Origin: Isurus oxyrinchus
Taxonomy: Eukaryota
Assembly: GCA_026770705.1 (NCBI GenBank)
Contig: JANJGN010000039.1
Location: forward strand, 10,292,001-10,356,000
Length of the DNA: 64,000 nucleotides
Direction of reading: 5' to 3'
The position numbers and the translations under genes were made by a program. Positions 1 through 14,857 of this stretch are shown piece by piece (positions within the stretch are counted from its first letter, which is position 1; every line of letters begins with the position of its first letter). Below the pieces are notes generated by a model, which was not told where the DNA came from, did not search any database, and worked only from the letters and a program-made list of their open reading frames with translations.

Positions 1-3000
1 CACCGGGCCCAATCAGTATCCCCAGCTCTACACTCTTTCCCTGGACCTGTTGTGCATACCCATCTCCAATCTATACCTGGCTCCACTCTGTTCAAGGCCC
101 CAAACTGTCGATGGCCCCACTACTCTCTAAACCCGGCACCACATTCCATCCCCGGCCCCACTCTCTATCCCATGACACACTCACTTTCCCTGCCCCAATT
201 CTTTCCCTGGCTCCACTCTCTATCACCAGACTGAATCTCAATCCATGGCTCCACTCCCTATCCCCGGCCCTAAACTTATAGACAGCCCCAATCTCTATTC
301 ACGGCCATGCACTCTCTACGGTCCCGGTCTCTATGCCTGGACCCACACTCTATCCCCGGCCCCACATTCTTCCCCAGCCTCTCTGTCTACACCCGGTCCC
401 ACATTCTATACCCAGCCCAGCTTTCTATGCCCGGCTGCAATCTCAAACCCCTACCTCAATCTCTAACCCCAAGGCACCCACTCTTTATACCCAGATCAAT
501 TCAGTACACCCGGACCCAATATCTATCATAGGCTCCAAACTCTGTCCCCGGACCTAATCTCTATACCCGGCCCCACTTTCTATCCAGGGCCACACACTAT
601 ACCCAGCCCCATTCTATTCCTGACTGCAATCATTAGCCCCAGCCCTACAATCTAACACTGTCCCCACCCTCTATACCCGGCCCTACTCTCTTTCCACAGC
701 CCCACTCTCTAACCCCTGCCACTCTCTCTATCCCCAGAACCATGCACTACCTCCCAACAGCTTTTCTATACCTGGCCCCACTCTCTTACCCTCCGACTCA
801 GCTCTCTATCTTCGGTCATACAACCCATAACAGACACCACGCTCTATACCCAGCTCCACTCTTTAACTCCCCAACACCTGTCTCCATACTCGACTCCACT
901 CATTCTATTCGCCCCACTCTCTATCACAGAACACACTCACTATCCCAAGATCGACTTTCAATAACCGGCCCCACTCACTGTCCACAACCCCGATCTCTAC
1001 CTCTTGCCGCACTCTCTATCCCCTGCACCACTCACTACACCTGGCATCATTCTCAATACCTGTCCCCACTCTCTATCCACTGGGCACCGCTCTCTGTTCC
1101 TTGCCTTAGATTCCATACCCAGCACCACTCTCTAACGCCTCGGACCACTCTCTATACCAGTCTCCACTCACTTTACTCGATCCACTCTCTATCCCCGACC
1201 CACTCTCTAACCCTAGCTCCACTCTTGAACCATGAACCCACTCTCTAACCACCCAGCACAGCTTGCTATTCCCACACCAACACTCTATCCCTGGCCGCAC
1301 AGTCTATCCCCACCCCTAATCTTTATAGCCATCCACAGCCTTTATCCATGGCCCCACTCTCTATCCTTGGCTCCGCTCTCTTTCCCCGGCCACACTCATT
1401 CGAGGGACCTGCTCCCTATCCCCATTCTAACTCGCTATCCCCAGCTGCAATCTCCATCCCTGGCTCAACATTTTACCCCCTTCCTCACTCTCTATACCAG
1501 GCCCCACTCTCTATACCCAGCCTATCTCTCCATCCCGGGAACCACACTCTAACCCTGGACCATCTATCTGAGCCCCGGCACTGCTCTGTATTGCCCGCTC
1601 CACTGTCTTTACCGAGCTCCACTGACTAACGCTCTGGCCCTACTCTCTATACCCGACCCCAAACTCTATCAGCGCCCCCACTTTCTGTCACCAGCTCCAT
1701 TCTCTTTCCCCAGCCGTTCGAAGGCTCCGCTCTCTATCCCCAGCTCCACTCCCCATCCCCATCCCTACACTCTATATCCGACCCCACTCTCTATACCCGC
1801 ATCTCCGTCTCTCCCTGTCTCCACTCTCTTTCTCCGGCCCCACTCAACCCCTGGCCTCACGCTCAATGCCCGGATCCAATCTTTATATTCGGCCCAGCTC
1901 TCTATCCTCAGCTCCACTATGTAGCCCCACACTAAATTTCTAAACCGCCCGCCCCACTCTCTCTTCAGCCTTACACTTATACTCAGCACCACGCTCTGTA
2001 CACAGTCCAACTCTCAACCAATGCCCCACTCTCTAAAGCCGGTCCCTCTATCTAACCCCATCCATACACTCTAGCCACAGCCCCACACTCTCGACAGGCC
2101 GGCTCTCTATCCCTGGCCATGCTCTCCACCCACAACCCTACACTCTATACGCAGCCACACGCTCTGTACGTGCCCTAACTCTCTATCCTTGCTCCACTCT
2201 ATTAACCTGGAACCACTCTCTAACACCACTTTATATAACTGTTTCCACTCACTATGCTCTGCCCCACTCTCTATATCCAGCTCCAATCTCTATTCCTGCA
2301 TCCACTTTCTATCCCTCCATTTGCTCTCTATACCTGGCCCCACTCTCTATCATCGCTCCACACTCTATTCCCAGCCCCACTCTCTATACCCTTAACTACT
2401 CTCTATTACCACCCCCAGTTCCTATCCCAGTCCCACTCTTCACCCCCGGCTCCAACCTCTAAAATTGGCACCACTCTCTAACCTGGCACTATTATCTATA
2501 AGCGGCCGGAATTTCTATCACTGGCTCCACACTCTATCCCCAGATCCACTCTCTATTCCTGGACCAACCCTCTCGATGGCCCCACATTCTATCCAAGGCT
2601 CCACTCTCTATCCCCGGCACTACACACTATATGCAGACCCACAGTCTATCCATGGACCTACTCTCATTGACCGTCCCCAGTCTCCATCCCAGGCCCCACT
2701 CTCTATCCCCGCCACCACTCCCAATTCCAGGTACCACACTCTAACTCTAGACCTACTCTCTAACCACAGCCCCACTATCAATCACTGGCCGCAATCCCTA
2801 TCCCCTGCTGCACACTGTACCCCAGACCTACTCTCTAGAGCCGACCCCAAATTCTATCCCCAGACACACTCTCTATCCCCGGCCAACTCTCTATCCCCAG
2901 CCGCACTCACTCGACATCCATGTTCTCTTTCACCGGGCCTGCATTCTACCCCGGTTCTACTCTCTATGTGCAGCACCAATCTCTATCCCCAGCCCCACTG

Positions 3001-4450
3001 TCTTTCCACAGCATCACACTCTACCACGGTCCTCACGCTTGATATCCAGCCCTGCTTTCTGTTAGCAGTCCAGCTCTCCATCCCGGGTACCACTCACTAG
3101 CCCCAGCCCCAATCTCTATACCCGGCTCCACTCACTATACCCGGTCCAATTCTCTATCTATGGCTCGACTCTCGATCCCTGGTCTCATTCTCTATACCCG
3201 GTCCCACTCTCTATCCCCGGGCCAACTCTCTATACCCGGCTCCACACTCTACCCTGGCCATGCTGTCTATCCCCGGACCCACTCTCTTTCCCAGAATCCA
3301 ATGTCCATTCCCAGCCCCATCCTCTATACCTGGCCCCACTCTCTATCCCTGGCACCACTCTCTATCCCTGTCCCCACTCTCTATCCCCGGCCTCATTCTC
3401 TATACCAAGCCCCGCCCTCTTGAAGGACACAATCTCAACTCCGCGGCAAGCTCTATAAACCCCCACCCTGCTTGCTCACCACTAACACCACAAACTCTCT
3501 CCCCAGAACTGATTTCAATCGACGGTTCATGCTGTCTAACCCTGACCCTCATCTACTAGCTGGCCCCAGATTCCCTGCCCCTGGCATTGCTCTCCAGCTC
3601 CTTGTTCCACTCTCTCCACCTATCTCCGATCTCTTACCCTGGCCTCGCTCTACTACACTTAGTCCGATGCTGTCTAATCCCGGGTTTGCTGCTTATCATC
3701 CCAGACCTGCTCTCTTCTCGCTGGCCTGTTCTGTCTACCCAGCCCTGTTCTTGGGCCCCCGGTGCCCTGCTAACGCGGGTCCAGGGTCCCGCTCTCGCGC
3801 ATTTGGGGACCCGATGTCATGTCCCGTGATCTCCAATCACACGCCACTGTGTCCGTTCTGTATCCCGCTGGCTCCACTCTCCACCTCAGCCCCACTGCCT
3901 CTTCCCATTCATGCTCCATCTCCCCAGATCTGCACTGTCCACCCAAACCTGCCCTCAAACCCCTGGCCCCAAATTCTACTGCTTGTCATGCTAACTAACC
4001 TCAAGCTCTGCTCTCTAGCCATGGCCACAGTATATCCTCCTTAATCCGCTCTCTACACCTCAGCCACCATCTTACTATACCCATGTACCACACTCGAGAC
4101 CATTCTTTCTAGACTTTCTGTCTAGCTCCCTGGCCATTCTCTCCCTCACCCCAGCTCCACACTCTCCTCCACTGTCACTGCGCACTCTGATAGCGTGGTT
4201 CTCTCTCCCAGCAACCCCGATTTCTCTAGTCCCACGGCTCTGCATTCTCTTCCCTCAGTTGACTGCTCGCTCCATCCAGTGCCCTGCCCCACTCTAGCTC
4301 CACCCTCCCTCCTTCCCTCCCGGGCCTCATTCTCTACCCCTGGCCCCGATCTCTCCCCCTCGGCCCACGCTTTCCAGCCCCAGGGCATAAATCAGTAGCC
4401 CCAGCCCTGATCACTGCCCCGAGGTCCGCCCTGTCTGGCCTGGCCCCACT
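1..4450. repeat. Degenerate 19-bp C-rich minisatellite (consensus ~CTATCCCCGGCCCCACTCT)
   Basis: Unit recurs at 19-bp spacing (e.g. 3362, 3381, 3400). ORFs show a 19-aa periodic SIPGPTLYPRPHSLSPAPL pattern in all three frames. Confidence 0.9.
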
Positions 4451-4629
4451 CTGCCCCCTACCTGGGCCTCACCATCATTAGCCTGGGACAGCATGCTCTA
4501 CTCCCTGCCACAAATTATAATGCCTGACACCGCCAGTACCAACCCCCACTCCCACCCCCTCCCCCCGAGCGTCTCTATTGCTCTGGTGCCATTCAAGCGT
4601 TCACCATCCCTGCCCTTCTAGCAGTCTCA

Positions 4630-5150
4630 ATTGCAAGCGACAAATTACTTGACACGCTATTGGTACTAAAGGCAGACAAGTCGACATTACCTGATGGCCT
4701 GCATCCAATTGTTTTATTTGCAGAGGCTGCAGAGATAGTGGAGGCTTTGGCCTAAATATTCCAGGACTCACTGGATTCTGGGATTTTACCAGTGGATTTG
4801 AAAACTGCTAATTTCACACCTCTGTTCAAGAAGGAAGGGAGACAAATAGCAGGAAACTGTAGGTCACTCAGCCGGACAAATGTCCTCGGGAAGATACTAG
4901 AGTCCATTATTTAGAAGAAATAGTAGGACGTTTAGAAACGCTTGAGTTCTAGGAAACACAATCAACATGGTTTTGTGAAAGGGAAACCATGTTTGACAAA
5001 TTTGCCAGACTTTTTTGAGGATATAACCAGCAGAGCTGATAAAGGGGATCCGGTTTATGTGTACTTGGATGTCCAGAAGGCATTCGATGAGGTGCCACAT
5101 AAAAAGTTATTGCACAAGATAGGAGCTCACAGTATTTGGATAATGTATTA
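4630..5150 (+). mobile_element. CR1-type LINE reverse transcriptase fragment (degenerate)
   Basis: Translation QHGFVKGKPCLTNL..FFEDIT...DKGDPV.VYLD.QKAFD.VPH.KLLHK is a typical CR1 ORF2 RT motif. Stops and frameshifts lie upstream. Confidence 0.9.
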
Positions 5151-5845
5151 GCTCTCTCCTCCTGCCCGACTCTGTCAACCCTTGGGCCCTGCTATTTATA
5201 CTCCAGGCCCTGCTCTCTCCCCCGTCGGCCCATCTCTCTAAACCCCTCTATCCCCTGACATCACTCTGCCCCCTTCTGCCACACGTGCCTGCGCTGTACC
5301 CCCTCCCCTGCTCCAGCCGCACCTCCCTCTCTTCTACTCCTAGTGCCGGACCATACCTTAAAATCTCATATTTCCTCTATTTATCCCTCGTCTAATGAAA
5401 GACTTGTTTCACCATGCATTTGCTTCTGATATTCTCACTGCTGAACAAATGCATGGAAGAGCCAGTCTATGAATCGATGAGCAGCTCCACCGCATTGATT
5501 AAATCTGAGACATTTGAATCAATGATACCTTTCAGTGAATATTTGCAGCGTTTCTTTTCAGTTGAGTTGATGCTGAGGCTATTGTTACCTTCTGTCAACT
5601 GAGTATGAATGGGTAATCTAGAAGATGGAATACTGTCTGTGAGCAGTGAGTGAGATGGAGAGGTTGAGCTGGGAGACAGATGGAGACCTGGTTCAGAGAA
5701 GTAGGAATGATTCCAGGATGAATTTGCTAACTTTTCAAGCGGCGGAGAGTGAAAATGAAGTTATTGCTGCATTGCGTTTACAATTGATTCGCTGTATAAC
5801 TTCAACTATGTTTTATATTAACATGAATCATATTTTGTCTCACAG

Positions 5846-5990
5846 TCGCAGATTCAGCACTCATTGACCCCTGTGCAAATCACACCATCTTGGACCAGGC
5901 CTGGAGGAGCATCTATTGTAAATGGACTGAGTGCACTGGCCATTGGATGTGTGATAACAAACTTCAGGAAGGATGGTACCAATTTAAAAG
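5846..5990 (+). CDS. D8C-domain exon A (ADSALIDPCANHTILDQAWRSIYCKWTECTGHWMCDNKLQEGWYQFK)
   Basis: Acceptor tattttgtctcacag, donor AG|gtaatg. The DPC..HT.LD..WRS...CD..L..GWY.F motif matches the UMOD/GP2/OIT3 D8C N-terminus. Confidence 0.88.
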
Positions 5991-8900
5991 GTAATGTGCA
6001 GTGATGCATTCTGATAAACTGGGCAAAACTATGAAAGTGAGTGCAATAGCAGCAAATAGAGACAGGCACAGATCATCAGTAATGTTACTGGGAAAGAGTA
6101 AAAAGCAAATAAATTTGACTTTTGTAGATAGCGATTTGGTACACCTGAGCGGATTGCTCGGACATTTCCGACTCAAGAACATTGCTGTAGGTCTGGAGTC
6201 ACGTGTAGGCCAGTCCAGGTAAGCACGGCAGATTTCTTTCCCAAAGGTGAACCAGATGAATTGTTCCGGCAATGCTTGATGGCTTCACGGTCGCACAGTT
6301 ACTATGACTAACTTTATATTCCAGTTGGATTCTTTGCATTTAATTTGACAGCTGCCGTGGTTGGACTTGAGCATGTGTCCCGAGTACATGAGCATGCCTC
6401 AATGGCTCTTTCGTTTAGTGATAATATCACTGTGCCGCAACTACCCCATAAGTGGACAGTAGCATTCGCACCACACAAACGCCAGGCAATTACTATCATG
6501 AAAAAGACAGAATCTATACTTCTTCCCTTGTCACCCAAAGGCTTTACTATCGTTCAGTTGACCCACTATAAGCTAACTGATTAACTGCCCAGTAAGTATC
6601 CTCCATACTGCACAACCACGGCAGCTCAATGAAGTATAACAGAAGGAGACTTGGATTAATTGGACAGATCCTTCAAACAGCTTATTTGGGACATGATAGA
6701 ACTAGTGGCCTCATTCTGAGCTGTGCATTCCTTAAACCTATGATTCTCTAATTGATGTTTCAGTTCTGGTGGATTGAAGATTCCAGACACCCTCATCCCA
6801 TTCGGTTACTGTTCCACAAGTTCTTCAGGCTGGTTAAATGGTTTGTTCTGACTTTATAATATCAGATTTACATTCACTGTCCTACGCTGTTCACATTGGA
6901 TACATCCTTCAATATTTATAAACGTAATTTCAGGTTCACATCCCACCGTGGGAGAGGGGGAAGTAACCAGGACAGTTTGTTTTACCTCGGGTGAAAATGG
7001 CTGCCTCTGGACCCGAGAGATAAAGATTAAAAACTGCAGCAGTGACTTCGTTTATGAGCTGAAGCCGGTGCCAAGCTGTAATGCTGCTTATTGCACAGGT
7101 ACATTGCTGTTTATAAATGACCCAGGAGGGTGACTCTGGATGTGCGAGGTCACTCACATAAATAATAATGTTCCGCCTGCTCCTCATTGCTGCAAGTACC
7201 ACAAGGAATAATGACCTGAAAAATAAACTAAACTTTTCACCAAAACTATAGGGAACCGACTCAGACTCTATTGCCATTGCGGTCTACAAACAGCCCATCG
7301 TTTGATCACGTGATAGGTTTTCGAATGTGAGGGGGGTGTTATGGGGAAGGAGGGAAGAGGCAGATTGGTTTATAGAGGGAATAACAATGCTTAGATCCCA
7401 GGCAGCTGAACACACACTTGTCAGTGTTCTGGATCCGGAATTGGAAGAGCAGAGAGTAGTTTGATGGTTGTGGGCCTCGTACGAATATTATTGCGGCTGT
7501 GGTGGTGAACTGTGGACCAGGTTCTTGGAGGTACATGACCATCAAGAGTTTGCGCACCACATAAGAGCCTGAATTTTCTTGACTCAGAACCGTGTGACTT
7601 TGGTTGCAAATCGGGAAATGTGTGAGAGTCCTGTGGAATTTCCGAAGCACACACATGCACCGAATTTGCCCGTGAGGATTAATGTTATGATGGTCTTCTA
7701 CCCGTTGCTGGGAATCGAAGCAAATCTCTCTGATAAAATGCCCCAGAATATTCCATCACCGGCAGGCGGGCGGCCTCCCTCCCAGTAGATACCTCAGAAA
7801 GATTCACTGGGGAAGCCCTGGAAGTCAGCACGTGAAGGCTGCATGGAAATTGCACAGGAAGTTTGAAATTATGCTGGACAAATACGCAGCACCAGGAACT
7901 ATCCGATTATGCGATTTAAGTAGAGGAATTTCGATCGTTTTGACTCTCGTAGTTGAAAAATGAATAGGAAAGATGCTCAGTTCGCTTACCGCTAGGCTGA
8001 CCCTGGATGCGCTATGATAACCTACTGACCTCTGGATCACCTCCCCAATCCCCAACTGCTCTCTCCCGATCACCTTCCCAGGCTCTGACTACCCTCCAAG
8101 CCTGACCTCCAACAAAACCCTTGATTACGGTCCAAGCCCCCTGAAACTGATTACTCTCACACATACTCCAGTAATCCAGAGTTACCTTACCTCCGTGGCT
8201 ATATCATCTCACCGTGACCTCCCAACACGCATGGCTAACCTCCACATCTCTTGACTACAGTCCCCCAAGCCGCATGCCAATCACCCCGATCTTCAGAATA
8301 ACCCACGCTCCCACCCAAGAACTTGTCTTGAGAACAACTGACCACTGCGCCCCTCACAGGACACCGGTACTGCCCATCAAAGCCCCATTCCCATGCAAAC
8401 CTCCACATTGAGCTGAGACACCTGCAATCCCAACCCACCCTATTCAAACAACCCACCCCACATCACAACTTAATCAATAACCTTCACCCAGGCTCCATAA
8501 AGTGGATGGGGCTTAAAAACATGACTGCCTCACGGCAGCGAGTTCTGCAAAATTTGGCCCTCTGTTCACTAGCTCTAACATGCAGCCCTGCACTGCAGGT
8601 TCCCCAGGTGGTGCGGCCATGCACATTTTTCGTCGGGCTGAGGGGGATGTAGTGACTGAGGGAGGGTGAGATGTAGTGACTAATGAGAGTGGGATGTCGT
8701 TATTGAGGGGAGTAGGATGTCGTGATTGAAGGGATTGAGATGCAGTGCCTGAGCGGAGCAGGATGTAGTGACTGCGGGGAGAGGGATGCAATTACTCAGG
8801 GGAGTTGGCTGCATTCGCTGACGTAAGTGGGATGCATTGGCTGCAGGGACTGGGATGCATTGGCTGAGAGGAGTGGTAATTTGAGTATAGCCATGAGTGA

Positions 8901-11900
8901 CAGGGAATAAGTAATGAATAGAATCATGTTCTTAACATAATAAACAAGTACATGCTCTCTTGAGGTGTGCTGCAGTCTGCAATCTCCCATGTCTCCTTAC
9001 TTCATTTCAGATCCAGGTACAATACCAACTCTGAAACCTGAGGAACAGTCAACTCGTGAATACGATGTCACGGCATCATCGAGCCCAACAGAATCGGAAA
9101 TATCAGGTATTAGTCTGGCTGGAAAAGTCTACAGAAAATCCTCACATGTTTGATCTCTGAAACCTCACACTGAACGAACTGGAAGGTATTGACTGAGGGA
9201 TGCGGGATGCAGTGACTGAAGTGGGTCTGATGCAGTGACCATGGAGAGTGGGATGCAGTGAATAGGGGGCGTGGGATGCAGTGACTGGGGGGAGTTGGAT
9301 GTAGTGACTGAGGGGAGCGGGATGCCGTTAAGGAGAGGACCAGGACGCTGTGAATGAGGGGAGTGGGATGCAATGACTAATCGAGTGGGATGCCTTGAAT
9401 GAGGGGACGTGGATGCAGTGGCTGATTGAGCGGGATGGACTTGTTAAGGGGAGTGTGATGCAAGTAGTGAGAGGAGTGGTTGGCAATCAATGAGGGGACT
9501 TGGATTAATGGCTGATGGTGTGGGATGGATTTGTTTCCTTGAGTGTGATGCAGGGAGTAGGATGCAGTGACCGACGGGTTTGGAATGTATTTACTGACCT
9601 GAGTGGATTGCCGTGCTTAGGCTGTGGCCATTGTGTTGTATTTTCTGAGCGGAGTGGGATTATTGAACACAAGGGGTGGGATGTAGAGAGTTGTGTAATG
9701 GAATTCTGTGAATCTTGGTGGTCATGTTCATGAATGGATGCAGTGTGGTGCTGTCGCTGAGACGGCAGTTTCTTCCTTAGATTGGCATCGGTGTTTTACT
9801 GAACACTAACATGCACTCTTCAGGTTTACGGTCACTCATGTGCTCACTTCTGTTAATTATCTGAGGAGACTGGGATGCAGTGATTGAGGGGAGTGCGATG
9901 CAATGACTGAAGGGATTGTGATGAAGTGATGGAGCAGAGTGTGATGCAGTGATGGAGGAGAGTGGGATGCAGTGACGGAGGGGAGTGAGATGCAGTGACT
10001 GAGGGGAGGGTGATGCAGTAACTGAGGGGAGTGTGATGCATTGGCTGTAGTCAGAAGGAGGCAGTGACTGAGGGGAGATGGAAGCTGCTACTGAGGAGTG
10101 TAGGAGGCACTGACTGAGGGGAGTTTCATGAAGTTACTAAGGGGAGGGGGATGTATTGACTGAGGAGGGGGGAAGGAGGAAATGACTGAGGGGTGTGGGA
10201 TGCACTGACTGAGGGGAGGGAATGCAGCGACAGAGGGAGAGGAATGCACTGGTTGCGGAGAGTGGGATGTAGTGACTTAGGGGAGTGGGCTGCAATGACT
10301 GGGGGGTGTGGAATGCAGTGACTGAGTGGATTTGAAAGCTGGGACTGTGTGGAGTGGAATGCAGCGACTGAAGGAAGTAAGATGCAGGGACTGAGGGGTG
10401 TGGGTTGCAGTGACTGAGGAGAGTAAGATGCAGTGGCTGAGGGAAGCATGATGTGCTGACTGAGGGGAGTGGGTTGCAGTGACTTAGACGAGTTGGATGT
10501 AATGACTGAGGAAGTAAGATGCAAGGACTGAGGGTGCGGGATGCAGTGACTGATGGGAGTTGGATGCTATGACTGACTGGACTGGTATGTAGTGACTGAG
10601 GGAAGTAAGATGCAGGGACTGCGGAGTGCGGGATGCAATGATTGAGGGGCGGTGGGGCAGAATGCATTACTGTTGGGAGAGGGATGCAGCGACTGTGGGA
10701 AGTGGTATGCAGTGATGAGTGGATTGGCAGCTTTTTACTGAGAGGAATGAATATCAGTGGATTAGTTTATTGGGCTGCATTGATTGAGGCCAGTGTGCTG
10801 CATTGTCTGAGGGCAGTAGGATTATTGAAAGTGGGGAGAGATGTAGAGACTGACTTGCTGGAATTCTGGGACTGTTGGTATCTGTATCTATGAGTCAGGG
10901 CAGTGTGGCACTGTCGCCGAGCCGACTGGTTCACACTTAGATTGGCATCTGTGACTTATTGAACATTAGTATGAATTTTTAAAGTTTTCTGTCACTCAAG
11001 CGCTGACCTCTGTTTATATTGAAAGCAGTGGGATGCAGTGACATAGGGAAGAGTGACGCAGTGACGGTGGGGAGAGGGATGTATCGATGGAGGGGTGTGG
11101 TATGTAGTGACGGAGGGGGCTGGGATGCAGTGGCTGCGGGGAGCGGGGTGAACTGTCTGAGGAGAATGGTTTCAGTCACTGGGCGTCAGACTGACATTGG
11201 CGTGATTCAGACAGAGGAAAAAATAATGTGCATCACTTTCTTAACATTCCTACCAAGTAAAGCCTCTCTTGAGGTGATCTGCATTCTGCAGTCTCCCATG
11301 TCACCTTATCTCATTGCAGTCCAAGGGATAACACAAACTCTGAAATCTGAGGAACAGTCGACTCGTGAATACATTTTCACTGCAACATCCAGCCCAACAG
11401 CATCTGAACCAGCAGCTATCAGTGTGGAGGGTATATTCTACAGAAAATCTGCACATATTTGATCCCTGAAATCTCACAATGAAGTAACTGGAATGTAGGG
11501 CCTGAGAGCAGCGGGATGGAGTGTCTGAAGGCTGTCTGATGCATTGGCCGTTGGGAGTTGAATACCGTGACTGAGGGGACAGGGGTGCAGTGAGTAGATT
11601 ATGAGGGATGCAGTGACTGAGGGGAGAGTGATGCAGTGTCTGAGGGAATGGGGATGCAGTGAATGATGGGAGAATAATGTAATGACTGAGAATAATGGGA
11701 CATAGTGAATGAGAACAGTGGGATGTCATGCCTGAGGGGACTAGGATTTTGTGAATGAGGGGAGTGGTATGCCGTGAATAAGGGGAGTAGGATGTCGTGA
11801 CCGAGCGGAATGGAATGTCCTGACTGAGGGTAGGCAGACCTAGTGACTGATGGGAGTAGAATATAGCCGCTTAAGTGAATGGGATGTCGTCATTGAGGGG

Positions 11901-14814
11901 AGTGGGATGTCCTGATTGCAGGGAGTGGGAAGACGTGTTTGAGGGGAGAGTAATATGGTGATTGAGGGAAGTAGAATATCGTGACTGAGGTGAGTGGGAT
12001 CTCCTGATCGAGGGACGTGGAATGTCATGACTGAGGGGAGTGGGATGTTGTGACGGAGGTGCATGGGAGGTAGTGACTGAAGGGGCTGGGATGCAGTGAC
12101 TGAGCAGAGTGACTTAGTGACTTATGGGAGTAAGATTAGTGATGGAGTGGTGTGGGATGTAGGGACTGAGGGGAGTGGGATGCATTGACTGAGCGATGTG
12201 GGATGCAGTAACTGACGGGCATGGGAGGTAGTGAGTGAGGGGAGTTTGGATGCAGCTACTGATATGATTGGGATGTAGTGACTGAGGGCAGTGGGATGTA
12301 GTGACTGAGGGCAGTGGGATGTGGTGACTGAGGGGAGTGTGATGTCATGATTGAGGGGATTGAGATGCAATGCCTGAGGGGAGCAGGAAGCAGTGACTGC
12401 GAGGAGTGGGATGCAGTGACTGTTGAGAGTGGTTTTTAGTAATCGGGGTATAGCCTGGAGTGACAGAGTAGAATTAATGAAATGAATCATGTTCCAAACA
12501 TTATTAACAAGTAAATGCTCTCTTGAAGTGATGTGCACTTTGCAATCTCCCGTGTCTCCTTACTTCATTGCAGTTCCAGGGACAACAGCAAATCTGAGGA
12601 ATTTTCGATTAGAGAATCCACTGTCCCTGCATCATCTAGCCCAACAGGAACTGAAATAACAGGTGTCAGTCTGGAGTGGATATGCTCCAGAATATCTTCG
12701 CACATATACTTTCCGAAATCTTCTTATATAGGGAGGTGGGTTGGAATGTTTGAGGGGAGTGGGAAGTTGTGACTGTGGAAATTGGGAGATTTCTATTGAA
12801 TGAAGTGAGCTACAGTGGATGACGGGAAGGGGTGCATTGACTGAGGCCAGATTGTTGTTTTGTCTGAGGGGAGTGGTATTATTGAGCATGGGAAATGGTA
12901 TGTAGAGACTGATGGGCTGGAATTATTTGACTCTGGGTGGACATATTTATGACTCGGGGCAGTTAGGTGCTATCACTCAGCCGAATGTTTCAGACTTAGA
13001 TTGGCAGCTGCGTTTTACTGGACAGTAAAATGTACTGTTCAGGTTCTCTATCACTCCTGCACTGACGTCTGTTTATATTCATTTACTACATATCCAGATT
13101 CTTCCACAATTCAGAAACCTGAAGATCCAACAACTGGAAAATCCACTGGTAAACCACCTTCTAAATGTACCGCGCTTTTGACCTCGGGTATCTGTCTTGA
13201 GGGATTAAATCAATAATATTCTTTACCCAAAAAATCCTCCTGAAATTTTCACTCCCCGAGAGGCATGCATTCGCAATAATGCAAGCATTCTCTGACGAAA
13301 AATTGTCATTCCCCATCTCCAGTCTTCCTCTGAATTATCCCTTCAGGAGAGGGAGGACCGTCAGGTCTTATGATCGATTTGTAAGTATCTGTGGAAGTTA
13401 TACGTGCACTCCATGTGTTCCCCACTAACGATTGGCACAGGGTCAGCACATTATAACAGGAGAGTTGGATACTGACACTGTGCTGGAACTGAGGGAGTAC
13501 GATTTACACCACAGGAACAGGCCACTCTGACCAATTGGTCCACTCTGGGGGTCATTCTGCACACGACCATTCTGCATCCTCCAAATACCAGCCCTATTCA
13601 TCTGTTTCATTATCACTCATGTGTGTATATACCTCTTCTTGAAATGTCACTGACGTCAACCAATCTGGGAGCAAGTTCTAAGTTATCACCAGATTTCAGA
13701 TCCACAGTAAAGACATTTTTAAAAAAATATACTTATTGTAATTGACTATTTTAGATTTTATTTTCATCTGAAGTGCTCTTTCTCTCTCTTTGACTATCCA
13801 GTGCTTTAATCTCTGACTTTGTCTCTCTCTGCATCTATCAATCTCTCGTTTTCTCTATGTCGTTCCTTTCTACACTTCTCTGCGTCTCTCTCCCATTATC
13901 GCCAACTCTACTGGTCAATCTGAAAATGTCCCATTTCCTTGGCAACTAGGATTAATGAGTTGTAGTGGCTGATGGAAGCTCCATTCATGGCCCAAATGTA
14001 TTCTGATGTAGTTACTGAGGTAACATGAATGCAGTAACTGAGGGGATTGGGATGTAGTGATTGAGGATAGTGGGATGTCGGGACTGAGGATAGCGGGATG
14101 AAGTGACTGAGGCGAGTGAGATGCTTTGACTGAAGAGAGTGAGATGTAGTAACTGAATGGAGTGGAATGCAGTGACTGAGGACAGTGGGATGTATTGACT
14201 GAGGGGTGTGGGACGTAGTGACTGAAGGTAGGAGGATGCTGAGTCTGTGAAGATTCGCAATGAGTCAGTTTGGGACGTCGAATGTATTTGACTTTGTAGC
14301 CTCTACTTAGTTCACACTCTGTCTTGACACACGGAAGATTCGACAGATTGACACATGTGTTATAAAAACAGCTGCGTGACGTTCTCTGGACAGTTCTGCC
14401 GAATAAGGTTGAGCTGTTTAAGGGGATCCCCAAGTTCTCCCTTTTCTATCACCGTTTATTCCATATCGAGGGACATTGTTTCTCAGGTTCCTTAGTTGTG
14501 AATGTACCAGAGAATCCATTGAGAGACTATCCTCTATCTCAGCCTTGTCTCCAGCATCAGGTATCTGCTCTGTGGCGTTCTATCTAAGCTGATCCTTCAT
14601 TCATTTGGAGTCAACAATGACTCAGACCAAGAGATTTACCCTATATCTTGCTGAAGGTGTGGGATGCACTAACTGAAGTCTGGGTGATTTTGAGCAGAGT
14701 CACACGGGTGAACTGATCAACTTTTAGCGCAATAATAACATGTTTATTTATATTTATATATTTTATATATATATATATATATACAATATAAATATACACA
14801 CAAACACCAATATA

Positions 14815-14857
<43 letters not shown>

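Noticed and set aside
52-4398. Many Pro/Ser/Leu/His-rich ORFs up to 211 aa
   Set aside because: They are translations of the 19-bp minisatellite in all frames. There are no splice or domain signals, and the low stop frequency is due to composition.
5414-5612. Signal-peptide first exon for the D8C gene (MHLLLIFSLL.. or MLRLLLPSVN..)
   Set aside because: The frame stops at 5600-5602 before the nearest donor (5613). No stop-free phase-1 exon could be supported, so it is left unresolved.
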